Shown in pieces: positions 10,137-19,744 of a stretch of DNA of 64,000 nucleotides. Source of the DNA: Candidatus Multivoradales bacterium (GTDB lineage: Bacteria; Acidobacteriota; Thermoanaerobaculia; Multivoradales; Multivoraceae); assembly GCA_965223325.1 (NCBI GenBank), contig CBDCWI010000001.1, forward strand, positions 224,001 through 288,000, written 5' to 3'. The position numbers were made by a program, and so were the translations under genes. The first letter of the stretch is position 1, and every line of letters begins with the position of its first letter. The notes beneath the pieces were generated by a model. The model saw only the letters and a program-made list of their open reading frames with translations. It made no database searches and was not told the origin of the DNA.

Positions 10137-11615
10137 TCAGTAACGGGGAACGGAAGGGTCGACCTGGACACTCCAGGCATCGATTCCACCCTCGAGGTTG
10201 TAGGTGCGAGCGAAGCCGGCTTCGCGCAGCAGATGCACGGCGCGCGTCGAGCGTGGCCCCTTGTGACAATGCACAACGATGCGAACGCTGGCATCGAGTT
10301 CATCGAGCCGTTCTTCGAGCTCAGCGATAGGAATCGACACAGCCCCTTCGATCCTGCAGATCTGACGTTCCTCCGCGGTGCGCACATCGACGAGCGTCAG
10401 GTCCACTTCGTGGTCACCCAGCCAGCGCTCGAGCTCTGCCACCGTAACGTTCAGGTCGGGCTCGGTCTCTTCGGTCGCACCAGGCCTCGGCACACCACAG
10501 AACTCGTGGTAATCGATCAACTCCTTGATGGTGGGCTCGGGAGAACAGATCGGGCAGTCCGGGTTCTTGCGTAGCGCAAGCTCCCTGAAACGTAGCCTGA
10601 GGGCGTCGACCAACAACAACCGACCGATCATCGGCTCGCCTTCGCCGACGAGCAGCTTGATCACCTCGTTGGCCTGCAGACAGCCAACGATCCCGGGAAG
10701 CACACCCAGAACGCCGCCTTCGGCGCACGAGGGAACGAGGCCGGGTGGCGGTGGTTCGGGAAACAGGCAGCGGTAGCAAGGCCCCTCGGCTCCCCAGAAC
10801 ACCGATACCTGACCTTCGAACCGGAAGATCGATCCGTACACATTGGGTCGCCCGGTGAGTACGCACAGGTCGTTGACCAGGTAGCGGGTTGGAAAGTTGT
10901 CGGTTCCATCGACGATCAGGTCATAGCCGTCGGCGATCTCGAGGGCGTTCGTCGAGTCGAGTCGCGCGTCGTGGCAGACCAGATCGACGTGCGGGTTGAC
11001 CTCGGCGAGACGCTCGGCGGCTGCCTCGAGCTTTGGCCTGCCAATATCCCCCTGGCCGTAGAGCAACTGGCGATGGAGATTCGAGGCGTCAACGACATCG
11101 AAGTCGACCATGCCAAGCGTGCCAACCCCGGCTGCCGCCAGGTACATGCCAATCGGCGAACCCAGGCCACCGGTGCCGACCATCAGCACCCGCGCGGCTT
11201 TGAGACGTTGCTGACCGCCGGTGCCGATCTCGGGCAGGATCAGGTGACGGCTGTAGCGCAGGATCTCATCACTCGTGAGTTCTGGGAGATCACTGCCAGC
11301 CAGCACGTCGCGATGCGCTCTTGGCTCCCCCGCTCCCCCGACGATGGCCGGCACGATGGCCAGTTCGACGTGGTCTTCTGCCAACCGCTGGTCGAGGTCG
11401 AGAACCCGGCGGCCGCCCGCGAAGATCTGCACCGTCGAACGCAGCACACCACTCGAATCGAAAAGATGAGACGAGAGCCGGTTGAAACGGCAAGCGAGTT
11501 GATCGATCGCTGCACGGACTGTTGCGCCTGGAACTGTTGCGCCAGCAACGACGACGACTGGCTGCCCCCCGACGAAGCGCCGCAGCGCGCTGGGAATCTG
11601 AATCGTGACTGGCAT
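10137..11615 (-). CDS. moeB: Ubiquitin-like (MoaD/ThiS/CysO) - E1/ThiF-MoeB adenylyltransferase - rhodanese fusion (MoeZ-like)
   Basis: N-terminal beta-grasp domain ending AIVPAIVGG; RYSRHLIL, GTGGLGS, SNLHRQ, DGTDNF, CYRC, SCAEGG, CPIC; rhodanese loop CHKGPRS. Confidence 0.93.
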   Translation of the reverse strand: MPVTIQIPSALRRFVGGQPVVVVAGATVPGATVRAAIDQLACRFNRLSSHLFDSSGVLRSTVQIFAGGRRVLDLDQRLAEDHVELAIVPAIVGGAGEPRAHRDVLAGSDLPELTSDEILRYSRHLILPEIGTGGQQRLKAARVLMVGTGGLGSPIGMYLAAAGVGTLGMVDFDVVDASNLHRQLLYGQGDIGRPKLEAAAERLAEVNPHVDLVCHDARLDSTNALEIADGYDLIVDGTDNFPTRYLVNDLCVLTGRPNVYGSIFRFEGQVSVFWGAEGPCYRCLFPEPPPPGLVPSCAEGGVLGVLPGIVGCLQANEVIKLLVGEGEPMIGRLLLVDALRLRFRELALRKNPDCPICSPEPTIKELIDYHEFCGVPRPGATEETEPDLNVTVAELERWLGDHEVDLTLVDVRTAEERQICRIEGAVSIPIAELEERLDELDASVRIVVHCHKGPRSTRAVHLLREAGFARTYNLEGGIDAWSVQVDPSVPRY

Positions 11616-11652
11616 TGGAGCTCGCAGCGTTACCTCGTTGCTTTCGGGTCCC

Positions 11653-12123
11653 TCAGCCTACGCGAATCTGCTCTTCATCGAAACGTGAGCGATCAGAGGC
11701 AAGACGCCAACTGCGCTGGGCGGTCGGTCGCCCATCGCGAACCGAGACGATGACGTAGCTCTGCTCGGGCCAGGCATGCTCACGATCAAAGTCACTCGGA
11801 AGCGCGGGATGGTCGGGGTGCGAGTGGTAGTAGCCGACGATCTCGAGCCCGCGCGCGCGGGCATCCTTGGATGCTTCGAGGATCTTTTGCGGTGCAATGG
11901 CATACCGCTCGTGCCTGGCTTCCCCCTCGCGCTCGTTGTCGGCCGGCAAGACATCCCGGATCTCGGTTTCGAAGCAGCCACTTTCAGGCTCGCCGCTCGT
12001 CGTGCCCACCAACACCCCGCAACACTCCTCGGGATAGGTCGAAGCGGCATGGCGACGCATCACGGCCAAGAGGCCCTGGGAAACCCGCAACACCAAACGA
12101 ACGCTTTCTCGTGCTTCTTCCAT
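11653..12123 (-). CDS. JAB/Mov34/MPN+ metallopeptidase (M67; Mec-like)
   Basis: YPEECCG and JAMM motif HSHPDHPALPSDFD. Confidence 0.93.
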   Translation of the reverse strand: MEEARESVRLVLRVSQGLLAVMRRHAASTYPEECCGVLVGTTSGEPESGCFETEIRDVLPADNEREGEARHERYAIAPQKILEASKDARARGLEIVGYYHSHPDHPALPSDFDREHAWPEQSYVIVSVRDGRPTAQRSWRLASDRSRFDEEQIRVG

Positions 12124-13608
12124 CTACGCACCGCGGCCACTCAGCCGCGCCTGGCGCCGGAGACGCTCGAAGGTCTGCGGCGCGATGACTCTTAGAAGGA
12201 TCGTGTACGAAAGGACCCCCAGGGCAACGCCGACGAAGAGACGTAGCAGGTGGCTCTGGTCTCTGACCAACGGCAGGTAGTCGAGCAGGAGGCGCACGAG
12301 AATCGCCATCGCCAGCGAGGCAAAGAGTGGCGCAACGAGAGGACCGAGCTGCTGGCGGATGCTGAGCCCGAGAATGTTGCGGATCCCCAACAGCTTGCAC
12401 ACCAGGAGAACGGCCGCACTGCAGAGCACCGCACAGGCGACCCCTTCGATGCCGTAGCGCGTGCCCCACCAGGACCCGACAACGACCGTCACCACGAAGA
12501 TCGCCTGTGGCACCACCTCCCACCGGAGCGCGCCGCTGGCTTCGATGGCTGCGACCGACATGCGCTGCAACACCAGGCAAGCCACGGCGATCGCCAGAAT
12601 GCGAAGTGACGGCACGCTGGGCTCCCACTTGGCGTCGAACAAGCCGACGACAAACTCTTCGCCGACCGCCATGAGACCAAGGCATGCGGGCAGCGTCACT
12701 GCTGCCACCACCATCTGCGCGCTCAGGTACCAACGCCGGAACTCTGCCAGGTCGTCCTTGACGCGACAGAAGGCGGGAAAGAACGCTTCGTGGAAGACCG
12801 GCGCCAGACGTTGGTCTGCCATCGCCGCGTAGTTGTACGACCGCGAGTAGAAGCCGGTTGCGGTCTCACCGAGGAGGCGGGCAACGAAGAAGGTGTCGGC
12901 GTTGCGACAGAGATACAAGAGAACGTTCTTGACCGCGATGGTCGAGCCGAAGCGCAGGAGCCCGCCGGCGGCTTGACGTGAAGCCGCTAAGCCAGGCGCG
13001 TACCCGGCCAGGAAGTACGACAGGACCATGCCGGTTGCACTTCCGGCCACCGGCCCCCACACCAGGCTCCACACCCCGAAACCCAGAACGGCCAGAGTGA
13101 TCGAAACGACCGCCAGGACGACCGAGGACACCACGTCATAGAGCGCCAAGCGGCGAAAGTGCAGTCTTCGCCGCAGGAGGGCGGTCGGCACCGCCACCAG
13201 TCCTGCGATCAGAAACTGGAGCGACAGCACCGGCATGATGCTCCCGAGCTGCGGCATCTTGAAAGCGACGGCGAGAGCGGGCGAGAGGGCGACGAAGACG
13301 ACGGTCAAGATGCCGGCCGTTCCGGTCGCGATCCACCAGGCTGTATCGCGCTCTTCCTTTTCCATGCGCTCGGCCTGTACCACGGCGACGCCGACCCCGA
13401 GAGTGCCCACCACCCAGGTGATCTGCAAGAACGCCATGGCAACCGCCGCGACCCCGAAATCGCTGGGCGCCAGGAGGCGCATGAGCGCCAGACTGGTACC
13501 GAAGTCGAGAACCTGGCGAACGAGGCGCGCGCCACCACCGAAGGCAATGCCCGAACGCACGCCAACCGCGAGCGCCTCGCCTCTCGGCTCGACCTCGCTA
13601 CCCGGCAC
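12124..13608 (-). CDS. Wzx-family (PST) polysaccharide flippase, WzxC-like
   Basis: LMRLLAPSDFG, GFGVWSLV, NADTFFVARLLG..ATGFYS; many transmembrane helices. Confidence 0.88.
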   Translation of the reverse strand: MPGSEVEPRGEALAVGVRSGIAFGGGARLVRQVLDFGTSLALMRLLAPSDFGVAAVAMAFLQITWVVGTLGVGVAVVQAERMEKEERDTAWWIATGTAGILTVVFVALSPALAVAFKMPQLGSIMPVLSLQFLIAGLVAVPTALLRRRLHFRRLALYDVVSSVVLAVVSITLAVLGFGVWSLVWGPVAGSATGMVLSYFLAGYAPGLAASRQAAGGLLRFGSTIAVKNVLLYLCRNADTFFVARLLGETATGFYSRSYNYAAMADQRLAPVFHEAFFPAFCRVKDDLAEFRRWYLSAQMVVAAVTLPACLGLMAVGEEFVVGLFDAKWEPSVPSLRILAIAVACLVLQRMSVAAIEASGALRWEVVPQAIFVVTVVVGSWWGTRYGIEGVACAVLCSAAVLLVCKLLGIRNILGLSIRQQLGPLVAPLFASLAMAILVRLLLDYLPLVRDQSHLLRLFVGVALGVLSYTILLRVIAPQTFERLRRQARLSGRGA

Positions 13609-13720
13609 GTCGCGACTCCGCCGAGGCCGCCTTTACGGGAACCTCCACCGGCACGACATGCGGCCGGCGACGCGGATCGCCCGTCTCAGGCATCGACGCG
13701 CCTCCGGTTGACAGAGCGAT

Positions 13721-13960
13721 CTAGGTCACGTCGCGCAGGGTGAGCCCCTGGTCACGCAGATAGGCCATCAGACCCTTCTTGTCGATGGTGCGCAGGGCAC
13801 GGGCCGACAGCTTGAGGCGCACGGTTCGGCCGAGCTCGGGCACGAAGATGCGCTTGCGCTGAATGTTGGGGCGCTGCCACTTGTTGGTGACGTTGTGGGC
13901 GTGCGAAACGTTGTGACCGCTCAGGGGCTTCTTCCCGGAGAGCTTGCAAATCCTGGGCAT
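13721..13960 (-). CDS. rpmB: 50S ribosomal protein L28 (Zn-ribbon-lacking type)
   Basis: RICKLSGKKPLSGHNVSHAHN...RPNIQRKRIFVPE...LSARALRTIDKKG; SD GGAG upstream. Confidence 0.97.
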   Translation of the reverse strand: MPRICKLSGKKPLSGHNVSHAHNVTNKWQRPNIQRKRIFVPELGRTVRLKLSARALRTIDKKGLMAYLRDQGLTLRDVT

Positions 13961-14263
13961 TCCTATCTCCCGAAGGGCGCCACGAACTCGGAGCCCTCGT
14001 GTCTATCCGCTTTTTCAGGTTCCACAGAGGAGGCCGACTCAGCCGGACAACACACTCTCCTCGGAACGCTGCGGTGGACGTTATCAAAGAGGTCCGAGGG
14101 GTGGAAGCACCGCTTCCTCACCGCGTTCGAGTCCGAACAGCCGCCGGCCCGGAAACGTAGGGCCTGAGAACGATCGCCGCCGGCCTGATCGGTGACATCA
14201 TCGAGATCAGGGTCCTCCTCGGCGGATTCCAGGCAGAGTCCTTCCCCTACAGTCCTCAGGTAG

Positions 14264-14899
14264 ATGACCGACAATCCACAGGCCAACGGCACCGATCTTT
14301 CCCAGGCTTCCGAGCGTCGAGCCCGAGAGCGCGGCGTCGCGGCGCCAAACGATGATTCCCAAGGGCTCACGGCAGGACCCACCGCCGAAGACGAGTGGCT
14401 CGGGGGTGAGTCCCGGGACGCCTTCCTGCCGCTTCCCCGTGCAGCCCTCCATGCGGGACTGGTTGGCGGATCGATCACCGGTGCGATTCTCAGCGTGGTG
14501 TTTCTGGTCGGCGCGGGCATGCTCTTCTGGCGCCTCGACGACCACCGGCCGCTGGTCCTTCTAGGGCTCGCGATTGCCTTCCTGTTCGTTCTCTGGACGT
14601 CGTTTGGCTCACCGTTCCTGCGCTGGCGAACGACCCGGTACCTGGCAACCGACGAAGGGCTCGAAATCCGCCGCGGCTGGCTATGGAAGCGCTGGGAGCT
14701 GGTACCTGCCTCGCGCATTCAGCACAGCGATGTCACGCGCGGCCCCATCGAGCGCCTCTTCGGCCTTTCGACCCTGGTGGTCTACACCGCCGGCACGCAC
14801 AACGCCTCGACCCGCCTGAGCGGTCTCGTCGACGAAGAGGCGCACGCCTTGCGCGAGCGCTTGACCCACCAGGACAGGAACACCGACGACGGTGTCTGA
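14264..14899 (+). CDS. YdbS-like membrane protein with bPH_2 domain
   Basis: Two transmembrane helices, then RRGWLWKR..VPASRIQHSDVTRGPIERLFGLSTLVVYTAG. Confidence 0.88.
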   Translation: MTDNPQANGTDLSQASERRARERGVAAPNDDSQGLTAGPTAEDEWLGGESRDAFLPLPRAALHAGLVGGSITGAILSVVFLVGAGMLFWRLDDHRPLVLLGLAIAFLFVLWTSFGSPFLRWRTTRYLATDEGLEIRRGWLWKRWELVPASRIQHSDVTRGPIERLFGLSTLVVYTAGTHNASTRLSGLVDEEAHALRERLTHQDRNTDDGV

Positions 14900-16499
14900 A
14901 GACCCACCTGCCGCAGCCGGACAAGGACGGGCCGAAGCTGAACTGGCGGAAGCTGGCCCGGCCGAAGCTGGGCTGGCCGATGAAGGGGCATGGCTCCGCC
15001 TCCATCCCCTCTCGTGGCTGGTCGGCATTGCCGGACGCGTGCGGGCGGTCATCTTCGGCGTCCTGGCACTCGGTTTCGCTGGCCGCACCGGAATGGTGAT
15101 TGCCGTGGTGGCGCTCGCCAGCGCGGCGGTCGCACCGCTCTTGCGCCAGCTCACGTTCCGCTACCGCCTGACCGACGAAGGACTGCTGGTCAAGGAAGGT
15201 CTTCTGCAGCGCACCCAGCGACGCATCCCCTGGGATCGCATCCAGAACGTCGACACCGTGCGCTCGCCGGTGCACCGCCTGTTCAAGGTCACCGTGGCGC
15301 GCATCGAAACCGGCTCGGGCGGAAAACCCGAGGCGGTGCTCGACGCCCTATCGCCAGGCGCGGCCGACGAGCTGCGCCAGCGAGCCGCGAGTGAGCAGGC
15401 GCTTCCCGATCATGCCGCAGACGACGACGCCAGCGACGCCGTCGCTGCTCCTGCCTGGCACACCGTGCTCACCCTCTCGGCCGCCGAGCTGGCGCGCCTC
15501 GGGGTGATTTCGAACCGCGGAGTGGTCGTCATCGGTGCAGCGCTTGCCTTCGCGGTGGAATACCTCGACTTCTTCGACCTGGAAGACCTGGCACGCCGAG
15601 TTCCCGATTGGATTGCTGGTTTCGATCCGCAGCAATTGAAGGTCGACGGAGAACCCATGCTGGTCGCGGCAGTGTCGGTGGTGGTGGCCCTGGCGGCGGC
15701 CGTCATCGCTCTCACTCTCCTCTACACGCTCTCGATCGCCGTCAACATGGTGCGCTTCTGGGGCTTTCGACTCGCCCAGCGCGGCGGCGACCTGCGCACC
15801 GAGTTCGGCCTGTTGACGCGCATCAGCGTGACCACGCCGAGGCGGCGCATCCAACGCCTCACCAGCCACGCCACGCCGCTTCACCGCATCTTCGGACGGG
15901 TGACGATTCGCGTCGACAGCGCCGGCGGCGGCGGGCCAGGCGGCGACGACCAGGGCGTTTCGAGGAATCGTCGCTGGCTCGCACCGCTTGCGCCCATCAA
16001 GCGCCACCGCGAGTTGATTGGCACCGCTCTCCCCGAGATCGATTTCGACAGCGTGGAGTGGCGTCCCATTCAATGGCTGGCATGGCGGCGTCTCGCCATC
16101 CGCTGGATCTTGCTGATTGCACTCGTCGCCAGCCTGCTGGCGATCTTCCGTGGCCCCGTCCACCTCGCCTGGCTGCTCCTCATCCCGGTGGTCGTTCAGG
16201 CTGCACGTCGCTGGGTCCGGTTTCGCCACTGGGGTCTGACCGACAACGCCATCTGGTTCAAACGCGGCGCATGGTGGCGAACCTGGACGGTCGTGCGGTT
16301 GTCCAAGGTCCAGTCGGTTCGCGTTCGGCAGAGCGTCTTCGACCGGCGCCGGGCGATGGCACACCTCGAAGTCGACGCTGCCGGCACTGGCGGCCTCTCT
16401 TTCGCCCTCGAGATCCCGTTTCTGCACGAGAACGAAGCGTCCGGCCTGGCGCGCCACCTGAACCGCGAGGCCAGCCGGCACGCCCTGCAGTGGGGGTAG
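14892..16499 (+). CDS. YdbT-like membrane protein with three bPH_2 domains
   Basis: WLRLHPLS, IPWDRIQNVD...RIETGSG, RRRIQ...VDSAG, SKVQSV...VDAAG; overlaps the ydbS-like stop. Confidence 0.88.
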   Translation: MSEDPPAAAGQGRAEAELAEAGPAEAGLADEGAWLRLHPLSWLVGIAGRVRAVIFGVLALGFAGRTGMVIAVVALASAAVAPLLRQLTFRYRLTDEGLLVKEGLLQRTQRRIPWDRIQNVDTVRSPVHRLFKVTVARIETGSGGKPEAVLDALSPGAADELRQRAASEQALPDHAADDDASDAVAAPAWHTVLTLSAAELARLGVISNRGVVVIGAALAFAVEYLDFFDLEDLARRVPDWIAGFDPQQLKVDGEPMLVAAVSVVVALAAAVIALTLLYTLSIAVNMVRFWGFRLAQRGGDLRTEFGLLTRISVTTPRRRIQRLTSHATPLHRIFGRVTIRVDSAGGGGPGGDDQGVSRNRRWLAPLAPIKRHRELIGTALPEIDFDSVEWRPIQWLAWRRLAIRWILLIALVASLLAIFRGPVHLAWLLLIPVVVQAARRWVRFRHWGLTDNAIWFKRGAWWRTWTVVRLSKVQSVRVRQSVFDRRRAMAHLEVDAAGTGGLSFALEIPFLHENEASGLARHLNREASRHALQWG

Positions 16500-16559
16500 C
16501 GAGCCGACGCGCCGAACGGGGCGGGGACGACTGCTGGGACGACTCCCGGCCGAGACGGC

Positions 16560-16586
16560 TATGATGCGCGTCTATCCCGTAGGAGC
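16560..16586 (+). promoter_or_regulatory. Putative sigma70 -10 element and Shine-Dalgarno for the amidohydrolase operon
   Basis: TATGAT at 16560-16565; AGGAG at 16581-16585 before ATG 16592. Confidence 0.4.
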
Positions 16587-16591
16587 TCGAG

Positions 16592-19500
16592 ATGACGAAC
16601 ACACCCCGAACACAGGTCGGGCGCGTGCCCGCGACTTCGGTCCGCCGCGCCCTCGCCGGCGCATCTTCGATGGCGCTTTCTGTGGTGCTCTTTGGCGCCG
16701 CGTCAGTCGCCGCCCAGGCGCCGGCTGACAAACCGACGCCACCGCCCTACTACGCGATCGAGGGCGCCCGTGTCATGACGGTCTCAGGCGACTCTCTCGA
16801 GAGCGCGACAGTCGTGATCGCCGAAGGCTTGATCACCGCCATTGGAACCGATGTCGACATTCCTGGTGACGCCTGGGTGATCGACGGGGAAGGTCTGACG
16901 GTCTACCCGGGCCTCATCGATGCGCTCACCTCGCGTGGCCTCGAGAAGCCAGAGTCCGAAAGCTCCGACAGCGGCGGCGGCTTTCCATTCGGCGGCAGTG
17001 GCCCGACCATTCGGGGACCGGAAGACCGCCCCAAGACCACCACCTGGCTCGAAGCTGCGGAGTCGCTCGACGACGACGAGGAGGCCTTCCTCGACTGGCG
17101 CAAAGCAGGCTTCACCACCGCCCTCATTGCCAGCGACGAGGGCATCTTCCCCGGTCGCGGTTCGGTCGTAGCGCTCTCTGACCAGGAAGACAACAATCGT
17201 GTCGTGCGCGAGGGAGCGGTGCAACGCATCCGCTTCCCCACCGGCGGCTTCGGTTCCTACCCGGGTTCTCTAATGGGCGTCATCGCCTACGTCGACCAGA
17301 CCTTGATGGACGCGGCCTGGTATCAGAAGGCCCAGGCGCTCTACGACCAAGACCCCACCAACCGCGAACGGCCGCTCTTCGACCGCGCGCTGGGTCCACT
17401 CGCCCAGGCGATCGAGAGCGCAACACCGTTCCTCCTACCGGCGAACAACGGTCGCGAGATCGACCGCGCTCTTCTGCTGGCCGAAAACCACAGTCTCGAG
17501 GCGGTGCTGACCGGCGGGCAGAGTGCCTGGCAACGTCGCGATCAGCTCGCCCTGAGCAAGACACCGGTCATCATCGACCTCGAGTGGCCCGAAGAGAAGA
17601 AGGACCGTGATCCCGATCGCGACCCCGCCTACACCGACCTTCTGCATCGTTTGATGGCACCGCGTACGCCAGGTCTCTTAGCGGAAGCGGGCGTTCCGTT
17701 TGCGTTCTCATCCGGCGGTCTGACGAGCCCCGACAAGGTCTTCGAGGCGGTCCGCAAGGCCGTCGACGAGGGCCTGGACAGCGACCGCGCATTGCGTGCG
17801 ATGACCCTCGACGCGGCGCGCATTCTAGGCGTCGACGACCGCGTGGGCAGCGTCGAGGTCGGCAAGATCGCCAACCTGGTCATCGCCAGCGGCGAGCCCT
17901 GGGCCGAAGACGCCGAGATCCACAGCGTGATGATCGATGGGCGCATCTATCGCGAGCGCGCGGAACCCGAAGGCGACAGCGAACCGCCCACCGAGGACGC
18001 CTCTGGGACCTGGGACCTCGTCCTCGACACGCCCCAGGGCAACCAGGAGATGACCGCAGAGTTCGAAATGGCCGAAGACGGCAAGGTCACCGGCGAAGTC
18101 GACAGTGAGCGCCTCGGCAAGCGCAGCGTCAAGGACGCGCGTGTCTCGGGCGACCTGTTGACGTTCACCGTCAGCGCCGAGTTTGGCGGGCAGAGCGTCG
18201 ACGTGGGCTACAACGCCACCCTCGCGGGCGACGCGCTCGACGGTTCAGTGAGCGCCGGACCGATGACCTTCGACATGTCGGGCACCCGCACCGCCTCGCC
18301 AGAGACGGATGAGGGAGGCGATGCCCCGGCCACCGAGATCACCAGCGTTCCCACCGAAGAGCTGCTCGAAGTCGAGCGCCTGCGCCAGGGTGTGGTCACC
18401 GCGATGGACAGCTACGCGATCACCAACGCCACCGTCTGGACGGTCTCCGGTGACACCTTGGAAAACGCCACCGTCCTCGTCGACGACGGCAAGATCACCA
18501 CCGTCGGCGGCGACGTTGCGGTGCCCAGCGGGGCAACGGTCATCGATGCCGAGGGCGGCCACCTGATTCCAGGCATCATCGACGCGCACTCGCACATCGC
18601 CATCGAGGGCGGCGTCAACGAAGGCTCGCTGGCGGTCACTTCGATGGTCGGCACCGGTGACGTCATCGACCCCGACGACATCGCGATCTATCGCGCCCTC
18701 GCCGGCGGCGTGACCACCGCCAACCTTCTACACGGGAGCGCCAACCCCATCGGAGGACGTAACGCAGTCGTCAAGCTGCTCTGGGGTCAGCCGGCCGCAG
18801 CCATGCGGCTCGACAGTGCGCCCAAGGGCATCAAGTTCGCGCTCGGCGAGAACCCCAAACGCTCGCGCAACTTTGGCCCGATTCCGCCCCGCTACCCTGC
18901 CACCCGCATGGGGGTCATGGACGTCATTCGCCAATCGTTCCTCGACGCCCGGGAGTACCAGAAGGAGTGGCAGGCATGGGAGTCGGCCCAGAAGAACAGA
19001 AAAAGGGACGACCGTGAGCTGATCCCACCGCGTCGAGATCGAGAGCTCGAGGCACTCGCCGAGATCCTCGAAGGCACCCGTCTCGTGCACTCCCACTGCT
19101 ATCGCGAAGACGAGATCCTGCAGCTGATTCGCCTCGCCGACGAGATGGGTTTCAAGATCGCCACCCTCCAGCACGTCCTCGAGGGCTATAAGGTAGCCGA
19201 CGAGATCGCCGCCCACGGTGCCGGCGCATCGACCTTCTCCGACTGGTGGGGCTACAAAGTCGAGGCTTACGACGCCATTCCTCACAACGCCGCCCTGATG
19301 ACCGACCGCGGCGTCCTGGTGTCGATCAACTCCGACAGCGACGAGGAGATGCGCCACCTAAACCTCGAGGCCGCCAAGTCGATCAAGTGGGGCGGGCTCG
19401 ATGAGGTCGCCGCCATGGCCCTGGTGACATTGAACCCCGCTAAACAGCTGCGCATCGACGACCGTGTCGGGTCGATCGAAGTCGGCAAAGACGCCGACCT

Positions 19501-19744
19501 GGTGCTCTATGACGGCCACCCGTTCAGCACCTTCTCGGTCGTCCAGAAAACCTTCATCGATGGCGACGTCTACTTCGACATCGACCACGACCGCAAGCGT
19601 CAGGCTGCGATCAACGACATGAAGGAGAGGCTGTTGGGCGATGGCGAAGACGGCGGTGACGAGTCTGACGCTTCCGAAACACCGAGTGGAACCACTCCGG
19701 TAACCCCCGACCTACAAGCCAACGCTGGCCTGGAGGACCGCTGA
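16592..19744 (+). CDS. Secreted tandem amidohydrolase (degenerate N-terminal domain, beta linker, intact C-terminal domain)
   Basis: Signal peptide; first domain PGLIDALT lacks HxH; second has PGIIDAHSH, KFALGENPK, HSHCY, QH, SINSD; GSIEVGKDAD. Confidence 0.9.
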   Translation: MTNTPRTQVGRVPATSVRRALAGASSMALSVVLFGAASVAAQAPADKPTPPPYYAIEGARVMTVSGDSLESATVVIAEGLITAIGTDVDIPGDAWVIDGEGLTVYPGLIDALTSRGLEKPESESSDSGGGFPFGGSGPTIRGPEDRPKTTTWLEAAESLDDDEEAFLDWRKAGFTTALIASDEGIFPGRGSVVALSDQEDNNRVVREGAVQRIRFPTGGFGSYPGSLMGVIAYVDQTLMDAAWYQKAQALYDQDPTNRERPLFDRALGPLAQAIESATPFLLPANNGREIDRALLLAENHSLEAVLTGGQSAWQRRDQLALSKTPVIIDLEWPEEKKDRDPDRDPAYTDLLHRLMAPRTPGLLAEAGVPFAFSSGGLTSPDKVFEAVRKAVDEGLDSDRALRAMTLDAARILGVDDRVGSVEVGKIANLVIASGEPWAEDAEIHSVMIDGRIYRERAEPEGDSEPPTEDASGTWDLVLDTPQGNQEMTAEFEMAEDGKVTGEVDSERLGKRSVKDARVSGDLLTFTVSAEFGGQSVDVGYNATLAGDALDGSVSAGPMTFDMSGTRTASPETDEGGDAPATEITSVPTEELLEVERLRQGVVTAMDSYAITNATVWTVSGDTLENATVLVDDGKITTVGGDVAVPSGATVIDAEGGHLIPGIIDAHSHIAIEGGVNEGSLAVTSMVGTGDVIDPDDIAIYRALAGGVTTANLLHGSANPIGGRNAVVKLLWGQPAAAMRLDSAPKGIKFALGENPKRSRNFGPIPPRYPATRMGVMDVIRQSFLDAREYQKEWQAWESAQKNRKRDDRELIPPRRDRELEALAEILEGTRLVHSHCYREDEILQLIRLADEMGFKIATLQHVLEGYKVADEIAAHGAGASTFSDWWGYKVEAYDAIPHNAALMTDRGVLVSINSDSDEEMRHLNLEAAKSIKWGGLDEVAAMALVTLNPAKQLRIDDRVGSIEVGKDADLVLYDGHPFSTFSVVQKTFIDGDVYFDIDHDRKRQAAINDMKERLLGDGEDGGDESDASETPSGTTPVTPDLQANAGLEDR

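Noticed and set aside
10137-12123. JAB + E1 + Ubl as an anti-phage conjugation system (type II CBASS or Bil-like)
   Set aside because: No E2, CD-NTase or effector is present, and the E1 is a typical MoeZ-type rhodanese fusion.
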